DNA of 39,593 bases from Desulfobacterales bacterium (lineage in GTDB: Bacteria; Desulfobacterota; Desulfobacteria; Desulfobacterales; UBA11574). A program made the position numbers and the translations under genes. Position 1 is the stretch's first letter. Each line of letters begins with the position of its first letter. The stretch is from NCBI GenBank assembly GCA_037381105.1, contig JARRRC010000001.1:1-39593 (forward strand). The letters run 5' to 3'. This document shows positions 23,508 through 33,900 of the stretch, in pieces. The notes beneath the pieces are model-generated. The model searched no databases and was not told the DNA's origin. It worked only from the letters and a program-made list of their open reading frames with translations.

Positions 23508-23981
23508 ATGAGCGACGAACAAGTCAAGCCTGGAATTTTTTTCGAAAGAATCGACAGCGCCGGAAACATGGTCAAGTATCCCGCCTGGCGCTATCATGCT
23601 TTGTATGAGCCCAGGATCGTCAACAACACCGAAGAAGACGAAAAGGCCAACGCCGAAGGCTGGAAAGACCCGCAGGTACCGGTTACGGCGGTTCAAAACT
23701 TTTCCAATTTTTACCATGACTTAGAAGATATGAACCAGCGCCAGCTTGTGGCCTATGCCCGTGATGAATACGGGATAGAGCTTCCTGTCGAGGCTTCAAA
23801 AGAAAAGCTTTTATGGGCTCTCTGGCAGATTGCCTGCAGATCGCCCAAAAACGAAGGTAGAATCGTACTGCTGGCTCAGTCCATAAGAATGAATTACGAT
23901 GAGACGCTTTCTGAAATAGAGCGCCTTGCCGGTGATATGGATAATTGCCAGGAAATTGAAAGCGAGGAAATATGGCTTTAG
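23508..23981 (+). CDS. Hypothetical virion-module protein
   Basis: 157-aa ORF in the structural operon. I recognised no family. Confidence 0.5.
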   Translation: MSDEQVKPGIFFERIDSAGNMVKYPAWRYHALYEPRIVNNTEEDEKANAEGWKDPQVPVTAVQNFSNFYHDLEDMNQRQLVAYARDEYGIELPVEASKEKLLWALWQIACRSPKNEGRIVLLAQSIRMNYDETLSEIERLAGDMDNCQEIESEEIWL

Positions 23982-24196
23982 AAGTTACCACCGGTTTCAC
24001 CGAAGACGGTCTTGTCTTTCTGCGTTTTGTGGGCCAGCAAGAGCAGTTCGGAAAACCAATCCAGTCAATCGTTACCATGGAACCGGACCAGGCTCAGCAG
24101 ATAGGCCAACGGCTTGTTGACGATTCCAAAAAGGCCAAGACGGCATGCAACCGGCCCATTATTGTAGGCCAGCAGCAAACCTTTAAAAGGGGGTAA
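23972..24196 (+). CDS. Hypothetical small protein
   Basis: 74-aa ORF that overlaps the upstream gene by 10 nt. Confidence 0.45.
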   Translation: MALEVTTGFTEDGLVFLRFVGQQEQFGKPIQSIVTMEPDQAQQIGQRLVDDSKKAKTACNRPIIVGQQQTFKRG

Positions 24197-24202
24197 AAGG
24201 TC

Positions 24203-24910
24203 ATGTCCGATGTCTCCGCGCAAGCGCTGTGCCAGGCTGCATTAAGAAAAAACCGGGCTATCGACGCCAACGAAACGCCGGATAATCAGGAGCTTGCGGA
24301 TTGTTTTGCTGAAATGCTGCGCATGTTAAAATCCTGGGCGGCCGAGGGTATTATGGTGCCGTATTCTGCTGAGGATACGCACACGCTGGCAGCCGGCACC
24401 CAAAGCTATACCGTAGGCAGTGGGGGGGATATCGATACGGAAAGGCCCATCATAATCACGTCCGGCACATTCGTTCGAGCCAACGGCCAGGATACTCCGC
24501 TTAAGATCATAGGCGAAGCCGATTATCAGTTGTTGCAGGACAAAACAACGGGAAGCGATTACCCGAACAGGATTTGGTATAAACCGGAATACCCTTTAGG
24601 GATCATTTACTTATGGCCCCCAGGCGGCGGGGAGCTTCATCTTTGGAGCAAAAAACATTTCACCGAACCCGCCGATGTAACGCAGGACGCTGTTTTTGAA
24701 CAACAATTTCAGGACGCCATTGTTTGGAACCTGGCATGCCGGATTGCCCCGGAATTTTTAGGCGATCCTACTCAATTCATGCTTGTTATGGCGGCCCAGG
24801 GCATGAAAAATATCACAAATTTAAATGCGGCAAACAATATGGATGAGGCCAATATCGAAATAAGCAGGCTCAATTCAGGCACTTCCTCTTACAATATCGA
24901 CGGGGGTTAA
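24203..24910 (+). CDS. Putative head-tail adaptor or virion structural protein
   Basis: The segments ELADCFAEMLRMLKSWAAEG...YTVGSGGDIDTERPIII...YLWPPGGGELHLW...DAIVWNLACRIAPEF resemble a conserved podovirus structural family. The call rests on position and recalled motifs only. Confidence 0.4.
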   Translation: MSDVSAQALCQAALRKNRAIDANETPDNQELADCFAEMLRMLKSWAAEGIMVPYSAEDTHTLAAGTQSYTVGSGGDIDTERPIIITSGTFVRANGQDTPLKIIGEADYQLLQDKTTGSDYPNRIWYKPEYPLGIIYLWPPGGGELHLWSKKHFTEPADVTQDAVFEQQFQDAIVWNLACRIAPEFLGDPTQFMLVMAAQGMKNITNLNAANNMDEANIEISRLNSGTSSYNIDGG

Positions 24911-24916
24911 TGTCCT

Positions 24917-26302
24917 ATGGCTACCAGGGCGCAGCAGTTCGAATTTCTTTTGGCAGGAGTGAATGATCCGGATATCCCAGGCGCCCCGCTGGCACTCGGA
25001 ACCGTTAAGTTTTTTGAGGTCGGAACAACTACCGCCAAAGATGTATGGACGGAATCGGCCAAAACCAATGATTATACTGAATATACACTCGATGCTAACG
25101 GAGTCGCCGAGCTTTACGGGGATGGCTCTTATAAAATCGAGCTGTACGATTCAGGCGGTTCCTTAGAATACACCTTCGATGAAGTAAAATGCACAGCATC
25201 AACCTATAACAGGCGGGTTGTTTCCACATCTCCGATTACCGTAACCCCTGATGATGATATTATTTTCATCAATACGGGGTCCGGAAATATCACGCTAAAC
25301 CTCCAAGACATCGCGCTTTTTTCAAAGCCTGTAACCCTTAAGAAAATAAGCGCAAGCAACACTGCTACCTACGACGCCTATTCCACGCAGACCATCGATG
25401 GGGATCTTACCGGAACCTTGACTGCGAACAACGATACTGTAACGCTGGTTCCCGATACGGATTCAGGTCAGTGGCGAAAAACCAACCACTTGGCAACCGG
25501 GCTTGTTGGGCTTACGGCAACTGTTGCGGAGCTTAATCAGCTTGATGGAAATGTTCTCAGCCGGGATGGGTCAACAACAATAATTGATACGGGCAGTTCC
25601 TCATTTGAGCATGGCCTCGACGTAGTGCATCCGAACCTACCTAATAGCGGTGTTTCAGTGCTTGTGTTAGGAGCGGCTGTCACAGCTAAAAATGCTGGAG
25701 TGTTGAGTTTTACAAATATCGGGACGGATTCTGCGTCTAATAGGGTAGGATTAGGCATTTACGGCGTCAATAACGATATATTGGCAGTTGACGGATCGGA
25801 AAATGTAGGCATCGGGGGCGCAAGCGACGGTGCCAAATTTAAAGTAACCGGCACCGGAGAATATACCGACACCCTGACGTTGAGTAAAGTTGCCGGTGAT
25901 GGTCTGGTAGTAGCTGCTGGGATTGATTTTGGTTGGATTTCAAACGGCGCGACCAAGGCCGAAATCAATAAAGCCGCAGACGGAATAGGAGTCACAATTC
26001 CGCGCCAAAAAGTAATAGCAATAGGCGATTGGAACATGAATACAACAGAATCCGTAAACGTTGCCCACGGGTTGGACGTCGACAAAATAGTTGGATTCCG
26101 CGTTTTGATAATAAATGATGCAGGAACTCAGTGTTTTCAAATACCCTATGCCAGTTATGGGGACGACAATGTAGAAACAGCCGTCTATATAAACGGTGCT
26201 AATGTTTTTATGGGCAGAGAATTAACCGGCAAATTCGATAGTACTGACTATGAAGCGACTTCTTATAATCGGGGCTGGGTTATAGTTGATTATATAGATT
26301 AA
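24917..26302 (+). CDS. Tail fibre or receptor-binding protein
   Basis: The N-terminus GAPLALGTVKFFEVGTTTAKDVWTESAKT...YTLDANGVAELYGDGSYKIELYDSGG is a typical podovirus tail-fibre N-domain. The C-terminus is Gly/Thr/Val-rich. Confidence 0.6.
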   Translation: MATRAQQFEFLLAGVNDPDIPGAPLALGTVKFFEVGTTTAKDVWTESAKTNDYTEYTLDANGVAELYGDGSYKIELYDSGGSLEYTFDEVKCTASTYNRRVVSTSPITVTPDDDIIFINTGSGNITLNLQDIALFSKPVTLKKISASNTATYDAYSTQTIDGDLTGTLTANNDTVTLVPDTDSGQWRKTNHLATGLVGLTATVAELNQLDGNVLSRDGSTTIIDTGSSSFEHGLDVVHPNLPNSGVSVLVLGAAVTAKNAGVLSFTNIGTDSASNRVGLGIYGVNNDILAVDGSENVGIGGASDGAKFKVTGTGEYTDTLTLSKVAGDGLVVAAGIDFGWISNGATKAEINKAADGIGVTIPRQKVIAIGDWNMNTTESVNVAHGLDVDKIVGFRVLIINDAGTQCFQIPYASYGDDNVETAVYINGANVFMGRELTGKFDSTDYEATSYNRGWVIVDYID

Positions 26303-26354
26303 TAGGTGGACTTAGCCGCGACCTTCATTAAAAAACAGTAGGACACAAGACATA

Positions 26355-27794
26355 ATGGCCAGACAGCGCAATATCATACCAATCCACTTGGGCCTAAACA
26401 AAGATGTCGAAGAAGTCGGGCTTGAAGGCTCGGCGGCCGCTCTTTATGATTGCGTTATCGATGTCACAGGAGATAGCGCTGTTGTAAATCGCAGGCCGGG
26501 GCTGAAGGCCTTTGTCGATACCGGCGAATCAGCGGCAATCGATGGTATGTTCTGGTGGCAAGCCCAAGGCAAGATGGTTGTTATCTGCAACGGCAAGGGC
26601 TTTACCATAGACGATTCGACCGGGACATTAACAAGCCTTACGGGAACCTATTTCACGCCGGACAAGCGCGTCACGTTCGCGGATTTCGCTACGGCTATAT
26701 ACGGCGCCGACCAAGGCGTGATCAACAAGATTACAACGACCGCCGTTACTGAAATGGCCGATGCCGATGCGCCTCAGACAGCATCGCATGTTGCCTTTCT
26801 GGATCAGTACTTGCTGGCCAATGAACTTTTAACCAAAAAGTGTCACAGAAGCGATGTCGGGGCCCCTGATACATGGAATTCGAATTGGTTTTCCGCAGAG
26901 GCTCAAAATGATTATTTAAGAGCTGTAGGCGTTGAAAATCTTGAAATTTATCTTCTTGGCGATAGAACCCTTGAAGTCTGGTACGACACCGGAGCAAGCA
27001 GCCCCATGGCGCGGCTGGAAGGCGGGTATGTCGCCTCTGGGACCGTTGCGCCCTATACGTTTAAATATTGCGGCCCTCCGGTAAACTCATGGGTTTGGCT
27101 CGATCACAACAAATCGCTTGTCATGTTAAACGGACGTACCACCCAGGAACTGTCAACCGCCTTGAGCAGATATCTGCAACAAGACGGGCTGATTACCTCC
27201 GATGCTGCCGGCGATTATTTAAAGTCCATGGGGCATAGCTTTTACGCACTGCATCTTCCCACCCAGGACGAGACACCGGTCTATGATTTCAAAAACGGGC
27301 TCTGGCAAAATTGGGGTTATTGGAACACCGGCACCGCAGAATATAACCGCTGGCGGGGCAATTGCGTTGCATACGCCAACGATTGGGGCAAGGTTCTGGT
27401 GGGCGATAGGGCAAACGGTAAGATCTATACGCTTGAAACAACAACCTACCAGGACAACGGCGATACCATGCGTCTGAGTATCAGAACCGGGCATATGGAT
27501 CGGGGCGACTTCGGCGCGACAAAAAGAACCAATTACGTTGATTTCAGGGCGAAAAAGACAGCCCCTGGTGGCGGTACGACAATCCAAATGAAATTCCGAT
27601 ACCGCAATAACGGTAAAACAACCTGGAGCAACGAACGGACAGTAACACTTTCCACGGCCAGCGGCGAGACTGATTATATCGCCAGGGTCCGCCGCCTTGG
27701 CGAGTACAAGACGCGGCAATGGGATTTTTATGTAACCGACAACGCCCCAGTAGCGCTTAAGCCGCCGATTGAAGATTACGACTTAACTTATTGA
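26355..27794 (+). CDS. P22 gp10-like tail hub or packaged-DNA stabilisation protein
   Basis: At 479 aa its size is close to the ~470 aa I recall for P22 gp10. It has beta-rich composition and lies after the fibre gene. The motif-level match comes from memory only. Confidence 0.4.
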   Translation: MARQRNIIPIHLGLNKDVEEVGLEGSAAALYDCVIDVTGDSAVVNRRPGLKAFVDTGESAAIDGMFWWQAQGKMVVICNGKGFTIDDSTGTLTSLTGTYFTPDKRVTFADFATAIYGADQGVINKITTTAVTEMADADAPQTASHVAFLDQYLLANELLTKKCHRSDVGAPDTWNSNWFSAEAQNDYLRAVGVENLEIYLLGDRTLEVWYDTGASSPMARLEGGYVASGTVAPYTFKYCGPPVNSWVWLDHNKSLVMLNGRTTQELSTALSRYLQQDGLITSDAAGDYLKSMGHSFYALHLPTQDETPVYDFKNGLWQNWGYWNTGTAEYNRWRGNCVAYANDWGKVLVGDRANGKIYTLETTTYQDNGDTMRLSIRTGHMDRGDFGATKRTNYVDFRAKKTAPGGGTTIQMKFRYRNNGKTTWSNERTVTLSTASGETDYIARVRRLGEYKTRQWDFYVTDNAPVALKPPIEDYDLTY

Positions 27795-27796
27795 TA

Positions 27797-28021
27797 ATGG
27801 CTATTATAAAATCCATAAGCGTTCCAAAAACAACGGATGTAAAAGAACTCAGGAAATGGTTTGAGCAAATATCAGAAAAATTCTCGTATCAAAGCTATGC
27901 CGGAGATCCTACGTCCAACATCCTGCCACGCTGGACAGGAGATCTGTGTTTGGATACGACCAATAACGATTGGTATAAGGCAACAGGAACGGCGGCCGCG
28001 GACTGGAAAGCCTTGACATGA
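27797..28021 (+). CDS. Hypothetical small virion-module protein
   Basis: The ATG at 27797 lies 2 nt after the upstream stop. The ORF track begins at a TTG at 27791. Confidence 0.45.
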   Translation: MAIIKSISVPKTTDVKELRKWFEQISEKFSYQSYAGDPTSNILPRWTGDLCLDTTNNDWYKATGTAAADWKALT

Positions 28022-28524
28022 AATTAATCGAGCTTTTAATGGAAGCGCAAGAAGCGGCTGTTTTCCGTGAAAACGCCAGTACTCATGCGTTTATTATAGC
28101 CGCCAAGGCCTCTGATAATTTTGCCCAGGCTGTTGCTGCCGCGCTTATGACCATAGGAAAATTTCATGCCCCGATAACAGCGGCACGGAACATCCTTGAA
28201 AACGCCGATAAAAGTTTTATCAAGGATGCTATCGCTGCTGGAACAAGAATTCCAGGATACGGGAGCAGTTTTGTTAAGGGTGGACAAGATCCGATCTTTG
28301 ATAAGATCGATAGCGAGTTGCTTAAAAATCATCAGCAACACCATGCGCGGATCTGGGAAATTTTCTCATGGATAAAAGAATATAAAAAAACAGACCTTTA
28401 TCCCAACGCAGCTTGTTATACGGCTGTTGTTTCGGATATAAGTTCAGTACCCTTCGGGGCTGAAATATATCTTTTTATCCAGGGCCGGCTTCCGGTTTAT
28501 GTCAATTTGTGGGGGCAGCTATGA
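28018..28524 (+). CDS. Truncated citrate-synthase-like protein with catalytic-residue substitutions
   Basis: 168 aa. RENASTHAFIIAAKASDNFAQAVAAALMTIGKFHAP parallels the citrate synthase segment EQNASTSTVR...GPxHGGA. IPGYGSSFVKGGQDPIF parallels GFGHRVYKxxDPR. LYPNAACYTAVV parallels PNVDFYSG. The second His and the Asp are replaced. Junctions on both sides are ATGA overlaps. Confidence 0.55.
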   Translation: MKLIELLMEAQEAAVFRENASTHAFIIAAKASDNFAQAVAAALMTIGKFHAPITAARNILENADKSFIKDAIAAGTRIPGYGSSFVKGGQDPIFDKIDSELLKNHQQHHARIWEIFSWIKEYKKTDLYPNAACYTAVVSDISSVPFGAEIYLFIQGRLPVYVNLWGQL

Positions 28525-29120
28525 TGGGTTTTTTCTCCATATTCGCGCTGCCCAGATCACGAACAGCATGGATGTCCAACTGGCTGACAACGGATAATAG
28601 CACCTGCCTGCACGAATTTAGCAACGGCGCCAAGGACGGCTTGTGGGATTTTATCCAGTCCATTGAATCCGATTTTGTCGGCATAAGCGAACCCGGCTTG
28701 GAGGCCCTGGACTATATCCCCAGCGATGTACTTATGACCTTCCCGATGGTTATAATTAAACAGGATGCAGCTTTTTCTTTTAAGAAATGCCTTTCGGCCT
28801 GGCCTTCGATTTATTCGGGCGAAAATATAAGAAACGTGCTTAAAAATATTCTTAATCAATGGTCTGATGTTTTGGACAAGCTTTCCCAATGCGAAAACTG
28901 CAAAACATTTTATGAGCATGATCTTAATGATTTAAATGTTTTATCCGAGATATGGGAGTACTTGCTTCCCGATATAAAACACAATAAGCTTAGAACAAAG
29001 CTACTCATGGAAATAGACATGAGCGTTAAATACAGGACGATAGATCAGGGGTATCAAATGATAAAGCGCCAGAAGGAAACGATTTCGGCGATAAGGAGCA
29101 TGCCATGGGAATGGGCGTAG
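28521..29120 (+). CDS. Hypothetical protein with a sulfotransferase/P-loop-like N-terminal motif
   Basis: FALPRSRTAWMSNWL resembles the 5'-PSB loop (PKSGTTW) of sulfotransferase-fold proteins. I recognised nothing else. Confidence 0.35.
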   Translation: MMGFFSIFALPRSRTAWMSNWLTTDNSTCLHEFSNGAKDGLWDFIQSIESDFVGISEPGLEALDYIPSDVLMTFPMVIIKQDAAFSFKKCLSAWPSIYSGENIRNVLKNILNQWSDVLDKLSQCENCKTFYEHDLNDLNVLSEIWEYLLPDIKHNKLRTKLLMEIDMSVKYRTIDQGYQMIKRQKETISAIRSMPWEWA

Positions 29121-30001
29121 CAGCAATTGCGGTGGCGGCAATCGGGGCTTATTCTTCAAGCCAATCTTCGCAGGCCTCATCAGACGCGGCCATGACAGCC
29201 GCCAGGGCGTCAAAGTCGATAGCTGAGAAACAAATCAAGCTTTTGCGCGACATGTACGAGCAAAACAGGGCTGACATGCTTCCGTTCTTGCAAGCTGGTA
29301 AAAATGCCCTGAAAAGACTCAATTCTTCCGATGTAACCGGTGGGGCAAAAGAATATTTAAAAGAGCTTATGGGACTGACCTTCCCTGACGGAGTGGATCC
29401 GACCGGAGGCGCTCAGAAATATATCGACCAGCTTGACCAGCTCGAATTTAAACTTGATACAAGCGATCCTATTTACCAATGGCGAGCAGCAGAAAACGAA
29501 CGCCAGGTAAACCAATTCATGGCCAGCCGTGGCGGATATGACAGCCGGGCTGCAGCCAACATGCTGCTGTCTTCAGGCATGCAGCTCCAGACAGAGGAAA
29601 CCGAGCGGCAGTTTAACCAGCGTTATCTTGCAAAGTACAATCAGCTCACAGATCTTGCCAATATGTCTTATCAGCAGGGCCAGGCCCAATATAAGCAGGC
29701 AACTGATAAATATTCCGCTGATGTTTCAAAAAATATCACCGGGTACAACGCCGCGCTGCAGTTAGGCCAAGCGGAATACAACAAATTGCTTGATCTTGTA
29801 AAGGTAGGCACAGGAGCGTCAAGCGCTGCGGGAAATTATGGCCAAAATACGGCCAACCAGATTTCAAATGTGATGGGCCAAAATTCGACCAATCAGCAAA
29901 ACGCTATCCTTCAATCGGGAGCGGCGCAGTCGGCCGCATGGCAAGGGTACGGGCAAAGCGCCAATAACGCTTTAATGATGTATTATATGAGCCAATCATG
30001 A
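29105..30001 (+). CDS. Putative internal virion or ejection protein
   Basis: It has a hydrophobic N-terminus (GVAAIAVAAIGAY) and a Gln/Ala/Ser-rich body. It lies before the large internal protein. Confidence 0.4.
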   Translation: MGMGVAAIAVAAIGAYSSSQSSQASSDAAMTAARASKSIAEKQIKLLRDMYEQNRADMLPFLQAGKNALKRLNSSDVTGGAKEYLKELMGLTFPDGVDPTGGAQKYIDQLDQLEFKLDTSDPIYQWRAAENERQVNQFMASRGGYDSRAAANMLLSSGMQLQTEETERQFNQRYLAKYNQLTDLANMSYQQGQAQYKQATDKYSADVSKNITGYNAALQLGQAEYNKLLDLVKVGTGASSAAGNYGQNTANQISNVMGQNSTNQQNAILQSGAAQSAAWQGYGQSANNALMMYYMSQS

Positions 30002-30017
30002 GAGGACAGGGGGAGTC

Positions 30018-30743
30018 ATGCCGAATTATGTAAATACCTTAGTCGACCCTGCAGGGGTAGCTAACAACAGCTTTAACAACATGCTCAATATGTATCAGCT
30101 TAAAGAAACGCGCAAAAGAAACAAGCTGATGGAAGCGCAGAACACCCGTGAGCAGGAAAAGTTTGATATCGAAATGAAGCTGTTTCCCTTCAGGTTTGTT
30201 CAGTTAAAAGAAAATAATATTAGGGACATAGCTAAGAATATCTCTGGTCTTCCTACAAATGAGCGGGCCAGAAAATACGCGGACATGATCAAGGTCGCTC
30301 AGACTCCCATTACCGAACACCCGGGCCTCGGACCTCTCGGTGTGATCGATCCTAAGAATTTTCTATCTCAGGATGAGTTTGTCAAGATGGACGACAAGCA
30401 GCAAAAACAGTATTTGAATCTTATTTCTTATACGGCTGAGGATGTCGCCAAGTTAAACCTTTCCGATAAAAATCTGGCCAATAAGGCAGAAGAAATAATG
30501 CTGAATCATGATAACAGACTCCAGGAGATAAAGGCCAAGAAAGCAGCCGATATTGAACTTGAGCGCGTCAAGCAGGAAGGCAAGGGCGCAACTAATGAAA
30601 AAACAAAACAAAACAGGATCGATAAATATCACAAAGAGATAGCCGGTCTTGCCTCCATAAGGGAAAGAATCAGAAAAGGAGATGATCTTTATAAGCTCGG
30701 CCAGATGATGTCCGCTATTTCAGGCAAAAAAATCTTGCCATAG
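30018..30743 (+). CDS. Coiled-coil internal virion protein, with a possible -1 frameshift extension to 30913
   Basis: 241-aa ORF with GGGGGAG upstream. An A7 run at 30726..30732 lies 9 nt before the stop. The following 165 nt have coding character but no start codon. Confidence 0.55.
   Translation: MPNYVNTLVDPAGVANNSFNNMLNMYQLKETRKRNKLMEAQNTREQEKFDIEMKLFPFRFVQLKENNIRDIAKNISGLPTNERARKYADMIKVAQTPITEHPGLGPLGVIDPKNFLSQDEFVKMDDKQQKQYLNLISYTAEDVAKLNLSDKNLANKAEEIMLNHDNRLQEIKAKKAADIELERVKQEGKGATNEKTKQNRIDKYHKEIAGLASIRERIRKGDDLYKLGQMMSAISGKKILP
30726..30732 (+). other. A7 slippery run, a candidate site for -1 ribosomal frameshifting or transcriptional slippage
   Basis: ggc AAA AAA Atc in the zero frame. 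The -1 frame reads KNLAIEKDSSIESALAKVDEYEAWLRERLRKLEGGEGGGSDDPLGIMPGTNTRENRGVSFR and stops at TGA 30911..30913. That stop overlaps the GTG start (30910) of the next gene. Confidence 0.4.
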
Positions 30744-30909
30744 AAAAGGATAGCAGCATTGAAAGTGCGCTTGCCAAAGTCGATGAATATGAAGCCTGGC
30801 TGCGCGAGCGGTTGCGAAAGCTTGAAGGCGGAGAAGGTGGCGGCAGTGACGATCCCCTTGGCATTATGCCCGGGACCAACACGCGAGAAAACAGAGGGGT
30901 TTCCTTTCG

Positions 30910-33900
30910 GTGAACCTTCAGGAATTTAGGCAGAAATACCCTCAATATAATCAGATTTCTGATGAAGTTCTGGTTGATAATATTTACAAAAAATATTATG
31001 AGGACAGACTTGATCGCCAACAGTTTCTGAAATTGATAGGCTTCAAAGAGCAGGCACCCGCCCAGGACGGAATGCCCGAAACAGAGCAAGAGAGCCGTCT
31101 GCCTCTCGACACGGCCGACACATCCGCTGATAAAGCTGTTGGCGATCTTCTACCAGCACACCAGCCGGAACAATCCGCCCCACAATTAATGCCGGCGCAT
31201 ACAAAATACCTTCAAAAATTCGCCGATAGGGACAACACGCTTCAACCCCTAAGCTATGAAGACCCGACAGCAGAGCCGCCAGGCGGTCAGCGCTTGCGGG
31301 AAATGATAGGGGAGCCTTCCCAGGTACTGGAAACCGGTAAAAGGCAAGGCGCCCTGGCGGCAAAATCATTTAACGAAGCAACGGCCGGCTTTATGGACCG
31401 CCTTGATAAAATGGCAACCAAGGTATCTGAGATAACAGGCATGGAAAAAGGCGGGCTCTTCGAGGCTGCCAAAAATAGATATCTTGCCAATGCTGAAATA
31501 TGGAACAAGCGGGCCGGCAAATATGGTTTAACCGATGAGATTGTCGGTGAAATCGTCGGCGGGGCTGTCCCGGGGGTTATTGAATTCAGCCTTGGCCCGG
31601 CTTATTCCGGGGCTGTCGGCTATGCCGAAGGCGGTATCAAAGAAGGCGCCAAGAAGGCCGTTGAACGCGCCGTACTGGGAAAAATATTGCATGCCGTTAA
31701 TACCCTTAAAGTCCTACCGAGAACGGTAGCCGGCGCCGCAGTGGGTGCCACGGAAGCCGCCGCAAGGGGCGAGGATAAAAGGGGTATTGCCAAATCTGCC
31801 GCAGCCCTCGGATTGTTTAGCGCGGCTGCAACAGGCAATAAAAAGGTTGGCATCAAAGAGGCCGGCAAGGATTTTACAGAAACCATAAAGCAAGGAGCCA
31901 AACCAGACTCCGAAAAAATTAGAACGGAAACTGGAAAAGGAAGCCCGGGAGAAGGACTTGAAGGGCGAGAGGGAGGACGCTTACGCCTAAGGGACGATGA
32001 AAAAGAAATAAGCATCGCCGAGGATCGTGAGGCAGATAAATACAAGCCAGAATTTTTTGGCGGCAAGGAAAGGCCTGGGAAGGTACCTAAAATGCCTGAG
32101 ACAGGCCAAGACACCCCAGAGTTTTTTGGTGATAAGCGCAGCCCAGAGCAGATGCTTGATCTGAGAGAACAGCGCGACATAGAGCTTTCGGAAAAATTAA
32201 AAAAGGAATCCCAGGTCGGTCAAGTCGAAATAGATTTTGCGCAAAAAGGAGAGCCGTTCAAGTTCAATAAGGATCTGGAAGAAAACTGGAAAAAAGCCCA
32301 TGGTGTTAAAAAAGAATCCGTTTTTGCCAGAATAGGGCAGACAATGCGCTCAATGGGCCAGAAAATGACCCGTGAATTTGAGCACATGCCGAAAACCGGG
32401 GAATTTGCCGAAGCCGGTTTCGCCTTGCGCAAACTTGCCAAGCAAAAAGATGTCGCAATGGAACGCGCCATAAAAGACATCGGCGGGGTTGTGCTAAGGC
32501 TTGACAAGAAAGATTTCAACCTGTTTGAGCGCAAGGTGTTTATTGACGACATGGTTGAAACAGCAACCGAGGGAAAGAAACTTCCTTTCGGGCTTGATCA
32601 GAAAAAAGCGGAAACAGAACGCGCCCGGCTGGATGCGTATATAAAAAACAGCCCCATTGTCGAAGATGCATTAAACCGCCGCGGCCAAGTCTGGGATAAA
32701 ATAAAATCGGATTATTCCGATTCCATGAAATCAATCGGTTTTAATGTCGAAGAACGTTTTTCCAGAAAAAATTATTTCCGGCATCAAGTCCTTGAATATG
32801 TAAACATGAAAGGCCTTTTCGGAACGGGCAAGCGTTTGAAAACTCCGACAAACAGAGGATTTCTAAAATCGCGCCAGGGGTCCGCGCTCGATATCAATAC
32901 AAACTATCTTGAAGCCGAACACGAAATCATGGCTCAGATGATTTATGATACCGAGATTGCCAAAACGATCAAGCGCATAGACGATAAATACAATATCATC
33001 GATAAATTAAGAAAACAGGCCAAGAAAGAAAAAACTACATATGATCAAATTATCCCAGAGGGCTATATCGAATGGCAGCCCAGGGAGGGCAATGTTTTCT
33101 ATATGGCCGATACGATACCCGCCAGACTTGCCGAGAAGATCACCAGCGGGGCCATTGAAGAGCTGGGTATAAGCGCAAAGGATATCGGCAAGGCTCTTGC
33201 CATGGGCGGGAAAAGACGCTCCATGGTCATAAAACAGGAACTGGCCGACACGCTTGATAATCTTTACAAAACAAGATCGGAAAACCCGCTGCTTGAAGCC
33301 AGGCGAAAAATAATGCGCGGCTGGAAAATATGGCAGCTTATCAGCCCGCGGCGTTATCCAAAATACAATTTAAGGAATATCACCGGAGATCTTGACGCGG
33401 TTATCGCCGGCAACCCTGCTCATCTTAAAAAGGTTCCCGAAGCGGTCAAGGATCTTTATCAAGGCTTTGTGCATAAGAAAATGTCTCCTGACCTGCAGGA
33501 CTTTTTCGAACGCGGCGGCATGGGGGCGACACTCCAGGCCCAGGAGATGGGCAGCATCAACAGCCTTAAAATGTTCGCCAAAATGATTGAAAGAAAAGGC
33601 GAGCTTAAAAACATCCCGTTTAAAGCCTGGTCAAGCTATTGGAAAGCTGCCAGGATGTCTACCGATTTCCGCGAGGCTATTTTAAGATATGCATCATATT
33701 TAAAGCTCAAAGAGGAAATGGAGAAATCCTCCGATGGGCTGCCCAAAAGCTACCTTGCTTCGATGCCGGAGGAGGTCAAGGGCCTATCGAATATTAAAGA
33801 CAGGGCTTATCTGATGCAAAACGATTTGCTCGGCGCCTATGACAGGATATCCGTTTTCGGACAAGCCATGCGCGAGCAGATATTTCCTTTCTGGTCCTGG

